From assembly GCA_002390675.1 (NCBI GenBank), contig DGPZ01000019.1:6795-70794 (forward strand): a DNA stretch of 64,000 bases, written 5' to 3'. The stretch's first letter is position 1, and each line of letters begins with the position of its first letter. Source of the DNA: Deltaproteobacteria bacterium UBA4427 (GTDB lineage: Bacteria > Myxococcota_A > UBA9160 > UBA4427). The notes beneath the pieces were generated by a model. It was given only the letters and a program-made list of their open reading frames with translations. It did no database searches and was not told the DNA's origin. The translations under genes were made by a program, and so were the position numbers. Positions 1-9,065 of the stretch are shown in pieces.

Positions 1-506
1 TCGACCAGCTGAGGTCCCTCGACTGGGTGCCGCGCAGCGTTCGCCAAAAAGGACGCAAGCTCGAACGCGCCTACAGCGAAGTAGAACAGCGCCTCGGCCG
101 CCAGGCCAAGGAAGAAGAAGTCGCTGACTCTCTAGGACTTGAGCTCGACAAGTTCCACGTCCTCATCAATCAGGTTCGCGGCATCTCCCTAGTAAATCTC
201 GAGGAAATTCGTGGCACCAACTCTGATGGCGACCAGGCCGGCACGTTTGCCGACATCATCGAAGACGTTCACTCCGAGAACCCCTTTGCCTCCTTCAAGT
301 ACATGGAGACGAAGCACGTCATTTCGGACACGATCGGCTCTCTTCCCGAAAAAGAACGCCTCGTGATCTCACTCTACTATTACGAAGATCTCAACATGAA
401 AGAGATCGGCGGCATTCTAGGCATCACCGAATCCCGCGTCTGCCAAATCCACACGAAAGCCGTGATGCGCCTTCGATCCAAGCTTAAGGGCATTGTGGAT
501 ACCTGA
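1..506 (+). CDS. fliA: FliA/WhiG-type (sigma-28) RNA polymerase sigma factor, 5'-truncated by the window edge
   Basis: The frame is open from nt 3 (DQLRSLDWVPRSVRQKGRKLERAY, a region 3 pattern). Region 4 is LVISLYYYEDLNMKEIGGILGITESRVCQIHTKAVMRLRSKL, closely resembling E. coli FliA [37 protein letters not shown]. Confidence 0.8.
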   Translation, partial: DQLRSLDWVPRSVRQKGRKLERAYSEVEQRLGRQAKEEEVADSLGLELDKFHVLINQVRGISLVNLEEIRGTNSDGDQAGTFADIIEDVHSENPFASFKYMETKHVISDTIGSLPEKERLVISLYYYEDLNMKEIGGILGITESRVCQIHTKAVMRLRSKLKGIVDT

Positions 507-1065
507 AAGCGGCGCTGGTTAGAGTGATGAATACGTCGCCTTCGTATGGCGTCATTTCTGCGCGGTCGTGTCCCGTCCGTGGTCGGATGCCAAGGGCTCG
601 GGCCGAATGTATCTGTGCAGATGCTGAGCCGCGTCGGCCTCAGCAATTTCGTGGTGCCGCAAAAATTCTCCGACGATCGAGTGATCGTCGGCCAGAGGAT
701 GCAAACGCCCCTGCCGGAGCAGACAGGCTCCTCTGTCCCCGACGCGGGCGAGCGCCAGGCGGCTCCCGCCAAAGACCATTTCGACGAAGGTGGTGCCCTC
801 ACCAGAGAGTTCGGGCTTCGCCTGAGCCACCGTGAACATTTCTCGATTTTCGCATGCGACGGCGTGGCGCTGCCGCTCAGCAAGGCCACGGAGGCGTCCA
901 GGATAGCTTCGATGGCTCGGATGTCGTCCTCAGCTGCCAGGTGACCTGCACGGCTTTATGTCCCGCCCATCCCCTCGGCAACGGGGAGAGACCGGCCAGT
1001 ATGAGGTGCCGATCCTCGTTCGATTGTCGGTTCATCCCGATATGGCGGTGGCGGTGGCGATGGGG
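484..1065 (-). pseudogene. PP2C-family Ser/Thr phosphatase remnant with multiple frameshifts
   Basis: PP2C blocks are found on the minus strand in three different frames: GMNRQSNED..RGWAGH; AGHLAAEDDIRAIEAILDA; GEGTTFVEMVFGGSRLALARVGDRGACLLRQGRLHPLADDHSIVGEF (ORF 552..839); and SARALGIRP..YEGDVFITLTSAAF. The last block ends at a TAA at 486-484, inside the fliA 3' end. Confidence 0.55.
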
Positions 1066-1289
1066 TGGATCGCAGCAGCATTCGGCTCCCCTTAGGTCGG
1101 CATCACAAGCGGACTTCTCTGTTTTTCCTATCGGAGGCGTTCTCGGGCGGCTTAGCTGTCTGAGTCACCGGGGTTTCCCTCATTCAGACGCAAAAAACCG
1201 GTGAATCATGCTCAAGTCCGGGACGATACGCCCATCCAGCGGTACGCTCGTCCCTGGATCGGGTCGTCACGACCCGAAGGGGGGCCTTA

Positions 1290-3590
1290 ATGTCCAAAAT
1301 GCTCTTGTTGGCTGATGATTCGGTCGTGATTCAGAAACTCGTTGGCCTCTCGTTCGCCAACGAGAACATCGAAATCGTATCGACTGATAACGGGGATGAC
1401 GCCGTTACTATGGCGCGTGATCTGCGCCCCGATATCGTTCTAGCCGACGTCGTGATGCCAGGTCTCAGCGGCTACGAAGTCTGTGAAGCCATCAAACAAG
1501 ATGCCGGTCTCGCACACACGCCCGTGCTACTGCTGACGGGCACGTTCGAGGCCTTCGACGAAGCTCGGGCGGCCGCGGTTGGCGCAAACGGACAAATAAC
1601 GAAGCCCTTCGAAGCGCAAGCGCTCGTCGAGCGCGTGAACGTCGCCATAAATGCATCCGTCGAAGTGCGAGTGTCTGGTGCGAGCCTAGGTTCACAAGAG
1701 ACGACCGTCGGGCCGATTAGCCACGACTTGAGCGCCTCGATCCCGGGTGCGATCAAGAATGCAACATCCCCTTCAAGCGACCTTTTCGAAAGCGGCATAA
1801 CGTCTCTCACCGAAGATCTTTTATTCGACGATGAGACCTCCCTCGACGCGACGTCCTCGATAGCGGTTGGCTTCGAAAATGCGAATGAAGAGACGGCTTC
1901 GGGAGTTTTCGGCTTACCCGAGGATGACGCCAATGATCTGCTCGATACCCAGGGCGGCTCGATAGTCCATGGACAACCGGTGTCCTCGGCGAATGCCGAT
2001 GCATCTTCTACGTTGGGCGCACCGAAGTTGGACCCACCGCGCCCCCCCTTTTCCGAATCCTCGTTGAACGTGACCGACGATTCGGCGATCGACCGCGATC
2101 AGTTGGCTTCACTGGACAACGATTCGCTTGCGCCCCCGCCACTTCCGATCACTACCGCAGCCGAACTCGGCAGCGTGCTCGATGCGGAGGGCATGGACGG
2201 CGACACAACGATTCTCACCGCAAACGATGACATTATTGCGACGACCTCTCCGATTCTTCATGATCCTCTTGGGGATCCCTTCGAGGCGACGGACAGCTTC
2301 GATGATTTGACGGCTCACGCTCATTTGTTAGATATCGACCAGGACGTCGCAACCGCCAACGGCCCCGTATTCAATGACTCTGGCAGCCGTGCTGCTGTCA
2401 GCGCTTTGGATGCGCTGGGTGATCTTGACGCCGACGCGACGATCGTTGCCAACCTCGACGAAGCCCTCGCAGACCCGCGCCTAATCGATGCAGTGCCGGC
2501 CGACTCCGGCTTTACACACGGTCAGTACCCGAGCGCCGATCCTTTCACGCCTAGCGCGATCGCCGCCGCTGAATCGACGATTGTGGAGCCGGATCCTTTG
2601 GGCCCCGTGCCGCCGCGCACCGCGTCTAACGAAGTCGATTTCGCATTCGATGTCTCGGAGCAGATCGCCGCAAACGATCTCTCGGAAACGGCCAGCGAAT
2701 CCTCGGCGTCCCTAGACAACTCCTTCTCCTCATTAATGGACATCTCCGAGTCACAGATTAACTCGGCCTCGCCGGCCGACGCGGGGTCCGCCGTTCCTGA
2801 TGCGACGAACACGATCGGGGGTGACTTCGACGTATCCTCAAATGATCTGGCGACGGCTCCGGTAACGGACCTCATCCAGGCGGAGGACACGATTGCTGGA
2901 GCAGGCGGCAGCCTCGCCGCCGCTCCGATCTCTCAACCCGAAGCGCTGATTGAAATGCCCGAGCTTCCGCAGTCCTATTCCCCCCCGCAGAATGCAGCGG
3001 CCGACGACTCGATCACCGGCAGCGCTTCGCTCTTCGATGACCTCGCCACGGGATCGCCGCTCGATGAGCTTGATGTGCCCAACGCCTTCGCATCCGCTGG
3101 CGATCTAGACATCGACCAGGATCTCCTCAACGACGACCTATCGGTTGGCCTCCGTGCATCAAGGGAAGACTCGGAGACCTTCGAGGCAGATCTCGAACAC
3201 GCAGAGCCCTATTCGACGGACGAGCCCGCAGCTGCCCCTGAATTTATTCGCGCCGTCTCTGACGACGAATTCGACATGGGCGCTCATGCTGATATCGGCA
3301 CTGACTTAGGCGCCGACTTAGGCGCCGAGTCCGGCGCAATAGACGGACTCGGCGGACAGGCTGGCCCCGAAGCGCGTGAGCATTCGGTCCCAGATCTCAC
3401 CCCGATGATGGAACAGCGCATTCAGGAGACCCTCGAAAAAGTCGCCTGGGAAGCCTTCTCCGATCTGTCGGAATCAATCGTCAAGCAGGTCATGGGTCGC
3501 GTGGAGCAGATCGCCTGGGAAGTCATTCCCGAGATGGCCGAGACCCTCGTGCGTGAAGAGATCCGCAAGATGAAGGGCGACGACAAGTAG
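1290..3590 (+). CDS. CheY-like receiver protein with a ~560 aa acidic disordered linker and a short conserved C-terminal helical module (RomR-like architecture)
   Basis: The receiver has DD (LLLADDS), the phospho-acceptor D (VLADVVMPG), T (LLLTG) and K (ITKPF). It is followed by a D/E/S/A/P-rich low-complexity stretch. The C-terminus is EKVAWEAFSDLSESIVKQVMGRVEQIAWEVIPEMAETLVREEIRKM. Confidence 0.85.
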   Translation: MSKMLLLADDSVVIQKLVGLSFANENIEIVSTDNGDDAVTMARDLRPDIVLADVVMPGLSGYEVCEAIKQDAGLAHTPVLLLTGTFEAFDEARAAAVGANGQITKPFEAQALVERVNVAINASVEVRVSGASLGSQETTVGPISHDLSASIPGAIKNATSPSSDLFESGITSLTEDLLFDDETSLDATSSIAVGFENANEETASGVFGLPEDDANDLLDTQGGSIVHGQPVSSANADASSTLGAPKLDPPRPPFSESSLNVTDDSAIDRDQLASLDNDSLAPPPLPITTAAELGSVLDAEGMDGDTTILTANDDIIATTSPILHDPLGDPFEATDSFDDLTAHAHLLDIDQDVATANGPVFNDSGSRAAVSALDALGDLDADATIVANLDEALADPRLIDAVPADSGFTHGQYPSADPFTPSAIAAAESTIVEPDPLGPVPPRTASNEVDFAFDVSEQIAANDLSETASESSASLDNSFSSLMDISESQINSASPADAGSAVPDATNTIGGDFDVSSNDLATAPVTDLIQAEDTIAGAGGSLAAAPISQPEALIEMPELPQSYSPPQNAAADDSITGSASLFDDLATGSPLDELDVPNAFASAGDLDIDQDLLNDDLSVGLRASREDSETFEADLEHAEPYSTDEPAAAPEFIRAVSDDEFDMGAHADIGTDLGADLGAESGAIDGLGGQAGPEAREHSVPDLTPMMEQRIQETLEKVAWEAFSDLSESIVKQVMGRVEQIAWEVIPEMAETLVREEIRKMKGDDK

Positions 3591-3730
3591 GCGCAGATCA
3601 GCTTTTCTCGCGGTCTACTTAAACCGTCGCGCCCGAATTGGGTGCGGGCGGGTTGAAACGCCCGCCTGCGATAGACTCCGCGGCCCGTTGTCGCCCATCC
3701 GCGGCGAGCAACCAGATACGGAGTCCCCGC

Positions 3731-4648
3731 GTGTCCGACCAATCCCAAGCCGCACCGAGCGCCCCACCCGTCTCCGACTGGTCCGCGCTCCTCGATCTCG
3801 CTCTAGCCGAAGATGTGGGTCCTGGAGACGTTACCAGCGACGTCGTGATCGATGCAGCTCGACGGGGTCGAGGCCGAATCGAGGCACGTCAACCGATGGT
3901 CGTGTGTGGTTTGCCTATCGCGCGAGAAGTCTTTCGTCGCGTGGATCCCGACCTCGTCGTCGAATCGATTGACGGAATCGAAGATGGGGTCGTCGCTGAG
4001 GCCGGGCAACCGCTGCTTCGAATTCACGGACGTTATGGATCAATCCTAACCGGCGAACGGACCGCACTCAATTTCATGGGCCGACTCTGCGGAATAGCAA
4101 GCCAGAGCCAACGCCTCGTCGATCTAGTCTCCGACCTCTCAGTCCAATTGGTCGACACCCGGAAGACGACCCCAGGATGGCGATTGCTTGAAAAATATGC
4201 GGTGGCTGTAGGCGGCGGGCTGAATCATCGAATAGGCCTCTACGACGCACTACTCGTAAAGGACAATCACATCGCGGCGGCGGGCAGTCTAGACCTCGCC
4301 ATTGTCCGCGCGGTTCAAAACTCGCCCGAGGGCTTGCCCGTCCAGATCGAAGTAGAAAGCGAGGCCTCTGCGGACCGCGCGATCGAACTCGGATGCAATT
4401 TTCTCCTACTCGACAACATGACGCCGGAAACCATCGCGAAGATCGTCGATCGCCACTCGAAGAACGTCGTACTCGAAGCGTCTGGCGGAATCCACGAGGG
4501 GAATCTTCGCGCGTATGCCGAAACGGGCGTCGCTCGAATTTCCATGGGCGCCCTCACCCATTCGGTCATGTCCACAGACGTTGCACTCGAAATTGATCTC
4601 GAAGACGGCGACCTGGACGAATTCCCTAGCGAGTCGGCGCAAGCATGA
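3731..4648 (+). CDS. nadC: Nicotinate-nucleotide pyrophosphorylase (quinolinate phosphoribosyltransferase)
   Basis: Motifs LALAEDVGPGDVTS, LTGERTALNFMGRLCGIAS, DTRKTTPGWRLLEKYAVAVGGGLNHRIGLYDALLVKDNH. The longest ORF starts at 3638, but the GTG at 3731 gives a typical N-terminal length. Confidence 0.9.
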   Translation: MSDQSQAAPSAPPVSDWSALLDLALAEDVGPGDVTSDVVIDAARRGRGRIEARQPMVVCGLPIAREVFRRVDPDLVVESIDGIEDGVVAEAGQPLLRIHGRYGSILTGERTALNFMGRLCGIASQSQRLVDLVSDLSVQLVDTRKTTPGWRLLEKYAVAVGGGLNHRIGLYDALLVKDNHIAAAGSLDLAIVRAVQNSPEGLPVQIEVESEASADRAIELGCNFLLLDNMTPETIAKIVDRHSKNVVLEASGGIHEGNLRAYAETGVARISMGALTHSVMSTDVALEIDLEDGDLDEFPSESAQA

Positions 4649-5673
4649 GCGACGCGACCACCGGATCCAGTGCGATCCTTGCAGCGCTCCGCGCAGCCGG
4701 AAGCCAAGCAATGTCCGGGGAGGCCCTCTCGGAGACGCTCGGCGTCTCTCGGGCCCAAGTGTGGAAGCATGTCGGCGCGTTGCGCAAGCGCGGCTACGAG
4801 ATCGAAGGCGAGCGGGGGGACGGCTATACGCTTCGCGGCGTACCCGACCGGCTCTACGCCGACGAAGTACAGAACGGCCTCGACACGCGATGGGTCGCAC
4901 AGAACATCGAGCACCTCGAAGAGACGGACTCAACGAACCGCGTCGCATTCGACCTTGGTCGCCAAGGCGCTCCCGCCGGCACCGTCGTCATCGCCGAAGC
5001 GCAGAGCGCCGGTCGTGGACGCCTCGGCCGCGCATTCTACTCACCAGCGCACCAGAACATCTACTCCTCGACGCTATTACGCCCGACGTGCTCGATTGCA
5101 GATACACCGACCCTAATCCTCGGGGCCGCCGTCGCGGTCGCTGAGAGCGTCGCAAAGTTTCTCGGCGATGAAGAATCCGTCGAAATCAAATGGCCTAATG
5201 ACGTGCTGATTCGGCAGCGCAAAACCTCCGGGATCCTGATGGAAAGCAGCGCCGAGGGCACCCGGATCGCCTTCGCGATTCTGGGTATCGGCGTGAATCT
5301 CAACGTCGACCGGGAGACCTTCCCCGAGGAGTTCCGCCCGCTCGCTACGAGCCTGGCGAGCGAGCTCGGGCATCCCGTCGACCGCGCTGACTTTGCGCGC
5401 TGTCTATTCGAGCGACTCGAGGCCCAACTCAACCTCCACGCCGCCGGCGGATTCGACGCCGTCCGGCCTCGATTCGAGTCCTTCTTTCGAATGACGGGTC
5501 AGCCGGTCGGGGTCGAGGAGATCGGTGGTCAGCGAATCGATGGGCGCGCCCTGGGTATTGCTCCGGGCGGCGCCTTGGAAGTCGAAATCAGCGAAGGCCC
5601 CCGGATCGGTGAGATCGTTAGTGTCATGGCTGGAGATGTCACGCTGGCGAAGCCACCCCCGGACGCGCAATGA
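4645..5673 (+). CDS. birA: Biotin-[acetyl-CoA-carboxylase] ligase / biotin operon repressor
   Basis: N-terminal wHTH (GEALSETLGVSRAQVWKHVGALRKRGYEIE) and the GRGRLGRAFYSP biotin-ligase motif. ATGA overlap with the nadC stop. Confidence 0.9.
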   Translation: MSDATTGSSAILAALRAAGSQAMSGEALSETLGVSRAQVWKHVGALRKRGYEIEGERGDGYTLRGVPDRLYADEVQNGLDTRWVAQNIEHLEETDSTNRVAFDLGRQGAPAGTVVIAEAQSAGRGRLGRAFYSPAHQNIYSSTLLRPTCSIADTPTLILGAAVAVAESVAKFLGDEESVEIKWPNDVLIRQRKTSGILMESSAEGTRIAFAILGIGVNLNVDRETFPEEFRPLATSLASELGHPVDRADFARCLFERLEAQLNLHAAGGFDAVRPRFESFFRMTGQPVGVEEIGGQRIDGRALGIAPGGALEVEISEGPRIGEIVSVMAGDVTLAKPPPDAQ

Positions 5674-5842
5674 TCTCGTCGGCCTGTTTACCTGCGGCTC
5701 TATGTCGATAGCCCCAGCTACAGGCCGACCGACATATTTCCGTACACACCCACCGCTAGACCCAACGTCAGACCGCGTGTAGTCGCGGGCAATGGCCCGG
5801 ACATGAACCCGCCGCTAGGCGGAGCCCCCAGAGAGGAACCCT

Positions 5843-6640
5843 GTGAACGAGCCAGTTCTACTCGTCATCGACGTCGGAAACACCAATGTGGCCCTCGGCG
5901 TCTACGATTACCAAAACGGAGAGTCGGCCCTCAGCCATCACTGGCGGGTATCGACCCATCGGGAGCAGACCTCGGACGAGCTCGTCATTACGCTGTCGTC
6001 GCTCTTCGCGACTGAGGGCCGTAAGACCAATGAGATTACGGATGTGATCCTATCGAGCGTTGTACCGCCGGTGGTGCCCATCTGGGAGCGCGTCTCCACG
6101 AAGCTTTTTGGAAACCCGCCGTCGATCGTTGGCCCCGGAATTCGAACCGGAATGCCGGTCCGCTATGAAAATCCCCACGAGGTAGGGGCCGACCGGATAG
6201 TCAACGCAGTCGCCGCCTTCGAGCTCTACGGCGGGCCGATCATCGTGGTCGATTTCGGAACTGCAACGACCTTCGATTGCATCTCCCACCTGGGCGAATA
6301 CCTGGGCGGCGTCATCTGTCCCGGGATTCACATCTCTATGGAGGCCCTCTTCGAACGAGCCTCCAAACTTCACCGCGTTGAAATCGCACGGCCTAAATCC
6401 GTCATTGGTCGAACCACCACCGGTGCGCTGCAATCCGGTCTGCTCTACGGCTACGCGGGGCTCGTCGATTCTATGATCGAGCGAATTCGCGGAGAACTCG
6501 GCGCGGACGCAAAGGTGATCGCGACAGGTGGGTTGGCGAGGCTGATCGCGGAAGAAAGTGAAGGAATCGGCCAGGTAGCACCCTTCCTGACCCTCGATGG
6601 CCTCCGTATCCTCTTCGAAAAGAACCGCAGCGAAGGCTAA
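5843..6640 (+). CDS. coaX: Type III pantothenate kinase
   Basis: LLVIDVGNTNVALGVY, GADRIVNAVAA, VVDFGTATTFD. Classical birA-coaX adjacency. Confidence 0.9.
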   Translation: MNEPVLLVIDVGNTNVALGVYDYQNGESALSHHWRVSTHREQTSDELVITLSSLFATEGRKTNEITDVILSSVVPPVVPIWERVSTKLFGNPPSIVGPGIRTGMPVRYENPHEVGADRIVNAVAAFELYGGPIIVVDFGTATTFDCISHLGEYLGGVICPGIHISMEALFERASKLHRVEIARPKSVIGRTTTGALQSGLLYGYAGLVDSMIERIRGELGADAKVIATGGLARLIAEESEGIGQVAPFLTLDGLRILFEKNRSEG

Positions 6641-6729
6641 ACCCTCGCCTGAGTCTCACCCAGGTGGCCCTCAACTCCCACGTCACAGGGGTCAACACCC
6701 CGCCATCAAGTCCCCATCTTGCCTGACCG

Positions 6730-7911
6730 ATGCACTCTGAGGGATGCCACGTCGCAATTGCCCGGAAAGCACAGGCTTTGGGGAAATGGTGGCCTTTGGA
6801 AGCTCCGGCCGGAAACGGACCGAAGACGGGGAAACACGCGTTGAGCGAGTCAAGCGGAAGCCAGAAGGTGCAGCTCAAGCTGTCGGCGCAGGCGGAGAAA
6901 TATACTCGTCGCGACGCACCTATCGAGGTACGCCAAATGGCCGCCCGCGGGGCGCTGCCTCTTGAGCCCATCGAGCTGGCCACCGTCCTTTTCGTGCTCG
7001 CGAACGATCCCGAGGCTTCGGTCAAAGAGACCGCACGACTGAGTCTCGAGAATCTGACCGTGCACGTTCTTTCGACCGTTCTGAGTGGACCGACGCACCC
7101 GGCTCTGCTCTCCTTCATGGCCCGCGTCCACCAAGAAAACGAGACTCGCTGCGAAGCCCTCGCATTGAATAACTCGACGGATGATCAAACCATCGCCTGG
7201 TTGGCGACCCTGCCGCATAGCCGCGTGGTCGACATCATCAGCCAGAATCAAGAGCGCATGATGCGCACCGAGGACATCGTCGACGCGCTTGGGGCCAACC
7301 CGCTGACCGGACGCGCCGTGATCGAGCGGATCCTGACTTTCCTCGGCCTCGAAGAACGCGATGTCGCAGAAGACACCGAGGAGCTTGGCGAGGCCGAGGC
7401 GGAAGCCGCCGTGCTCGAGTTGCTCGGCGAAGATATGGCGGATGTCGCGAAGCTGCTCGTGCAGGATCGCGAGTCCGATGAAGAGGACGAAGACGTTAAG
7501 ATTAGTCTCTACGCGGCCGTGCAAAACATGACCGTCATGCAAAAGGTCAAGCTTACGCGAATGGGCGGCAAGGACGCCCGTGCGATGCTGATCAAGGATC
7601 GTAATAGAATCGTCTCCGCTTCCGTGCTCGGCAGTCCCAAGCTGACTGAAACAGAAGTCATCGGATTCGCGCAGAACCGCTCGATCGGCGAAGAGTTGTT
7701 GCGCATCATCGCTAGCAACCGAGACTGGACGAAGAATTATAAGGTCAAGTACGCGCTGGTAACGAACCCAAAGACTCCACAGCCGCAAGCGCTTAAGTTC
7801 ATCAATTACCTGCAGGACAAGGATCTGCGAGGACTCATGAAGAGCCGAGAAGTTTCGAGCAATATAAGCGCCCACGCCCGGCGAATCCTGAGCAAGAAGG
7901 GGAAAATCTGA
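6730..7911 (+). CDS. Helical-repeat (HEAT/LRV-like) protein of unknown function, first gene of the GTPase module
   Basis: Repeated 'NP.TP / SPKLTE'-type helical units (KYALVTNPKTPQPQALKFINYL; VLGSPKLTETEVIGFAQNRSI; LFVLANDPEASVKETARLSL) and a central acidic stretch. A more likely start is the GTG at 6868, preceded by GGAAG. Its stop overlaps the next ATG (ATGA-type junction at 7909-7913). Confidence 0.6.
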   Translation: MHSEGCHVAIARKAQALGKWWPLEAPAGNGPKTGKHALSESSGSQKVQLKLSAQAEKYTRRDAPIEVRQMAARGALPLEPIELATVLFVLANDPEASVKETARLSLENLTVHVLSTVLSGPTHPALLSFMARVHQENETRCEALALNNSTDDQTIAWLATLPHSRVVDIISQNQERMMRTEDIVDALGANPLTGRAVIERILTFLGLEERDVAEDTEELGEAEAEAAVLELLGEDMADVAKLLVQDRESDEEDEDVKISLYAAVQNMTVMQKVKLTRMGGKDARAMLIKDRNRIVSASVLGSPKLTETEVIGFAQNRSIGEELLRIIASNRDWTKNYKVKYALVTNPKTPQPQALKFINYLQDKDLRGLMKSREVSSNISAHARRILSKKGKI

Positions 7912-9065
7912 TGGGGGACGTGAATGCGCGCATCCTGCTCTGGGGACTCGAAGGCTCGGGCAAGACCACGACCCTCGAAACCATTCACGCAAAGCTTCGC
8001 GAAGACCTGCGAGGCCCCCTGCGACGCGAAACCACGCGCCTTGACCCGACAGTCTTTTTCGAATCGCTTTCGATCACGCTAGGCGAAGTCGGAGGTGTCG
8101 GAACGCAGCTCGACTTAATCGCGGTGCCCGGTGCATCCGACCAGGTCATGACGCGCAAGCAGCTGCTCGACGAGGTCGACGGGATCGTACTCGTGCTCGA
8201 TTGCTCCGCGGAACGGATCGAAGACAACTGCGAAAGTATCGCGGAACTCCGGGCATCACTCGAAGCCTATGGCCGAACTCTCGAAACCTTCCCGGTCGTG
8301 CTCCAGTACAATAAGCGCGACATCGCCGACCCCTTCGCTATCGAAGACCTGCATCGCCGTATCGGTCTTGAGCAGTGCGCTGTATTTGAATCCATCGCCA
8401 CGACAGGCCACGGCATCCTTCCGACACTTACTACGATTTCAAAGCACGTCGTGCGCGCACGACGTGGCGCGAGTCAGGAGATCGACCCGGCGGTAGCTGC
8501 TGCCGCAGCGATCGGCGCGGCCTCCCCGGCGGCACCGATCGATCTGCCGTCCCCGCCGATCGAGATGCTTGCGAACTCTGCCGGGGGTCTAGAGATCCCA
8601 GAACTAACGCCCCTGAAATTGGGTAAAGAGCTGGGCGACCCGACCGAAGCAGAACTCGCCGGTGAGATCCTCGAAGCGGTCTCTGTCGCGGAAAACGCCC
8701 CTGACGAATCCGTATTCGAAGCCGAATCATTCGAAGCCATATCGACTGCGGAACTCTTCGAATCCGCCATCCTAGCGGAAGGCGAGCAGGAGAGCTTTCA
8801 GGCATTAGGCGCAGTCGAAATAGACCTTTCAGACGACGAGATCGACGCTTGGTCGGCGATCGACGAGCAAGTCGAGAAACCCACGAACTCTCTCGGTGAA
8901 CTCCGCATCGTCTCAGCAGGCCGAGCGACCGTCGAGGCGGATGGCGGCCTCCGTTTACCGCTGGTGCTCGGTGATGAATCTGGCGCGTCGCGCAGCATCG
9001 TACTTTCACTACGACTCGATTCACTAATCGCATCCGATGTATCCGATGCGCGGTTGGACGACTAA
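7911..9065 (+). CDS. MglA-family Ras-like small GTPase paralog with a ~190 aa acidic C-terminal extension
   Basis: Collinear with M. xanthus MglA: P-loop GLEGSGKT, PTVFFESLSITLGEV (MglA RTLFFDFLPLSLGEI), AVPGA (MglA TVPGQ), VDGIVLVLD, VLQYNKRDIADP (MglA VIQYNKRDLPNA). The C-terminal half is D/E/A/S-rich. Confidence 0.8.
   Translation: MGDVNARILLWGLEGSGKTTTLETIHAKLREDLRGPLRRETTRLDPTVFFESLSITLGEVGGVGTQLDLIAVPGASDQVMTRKQLLDEVDGIVLVLDCSAERIEDNCESIAELRASLEAYGRTLETFPVVLQYNKRDIADPFAIEDLHRRIGLEQCAVFESIATTGHGILPTLTTISKHVVRARRGASQEIDPAVAAAAAIGAASPAAPIDLPSPPIEMLANSAGGLEIPELTPLKLGKELGDPTEAELAGEILEAVSVAENAPDESVFEAESFEAISTAELFESAILAEGEQESFQALGAVEIDLSDDEIDAWSAIDEQVEKPTNSLGELRIVSAGRATVEADGGLRLPLVLGDESGASRSIVLSLRLDSLIASDVSDARLDD

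Noticed and set aside
524-944. Plus-strand ORFs 524..835 and 546..944 between fliA and the receiver gene.
   Set aside because: No motifs and skewed composition. The same DNA gives clear PP2C blocks on the minus strand, so these are read-through shadows of the pseudogene.
3646-3672. GC-rich hairpin (GGCGGG-N8-CCCGCC) downstream of the receiver gene, considered as a possible intrinsic terminator.
   Set aside because: The stem is only 5-6 bp, there is no U-tract, and it lies in the possible 5' extension of nadC. This is not enough to call a terminator.
6850-7992. 380-aa ORF on the minus strand, antisense to the helical-repeat gene. Similar long antisense ORFs occur at 12172..13206(+), 20158..20862(-), 35882..36802(-), 4315..4948(-) and 8431..9204(-).
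   Set aside because: These are typical high-GC shadow ORFs. They have Arg/Ser/Pro/Gly-rich composition and no recognisable motifs. Each lies opposite a gene with strong family signatures.
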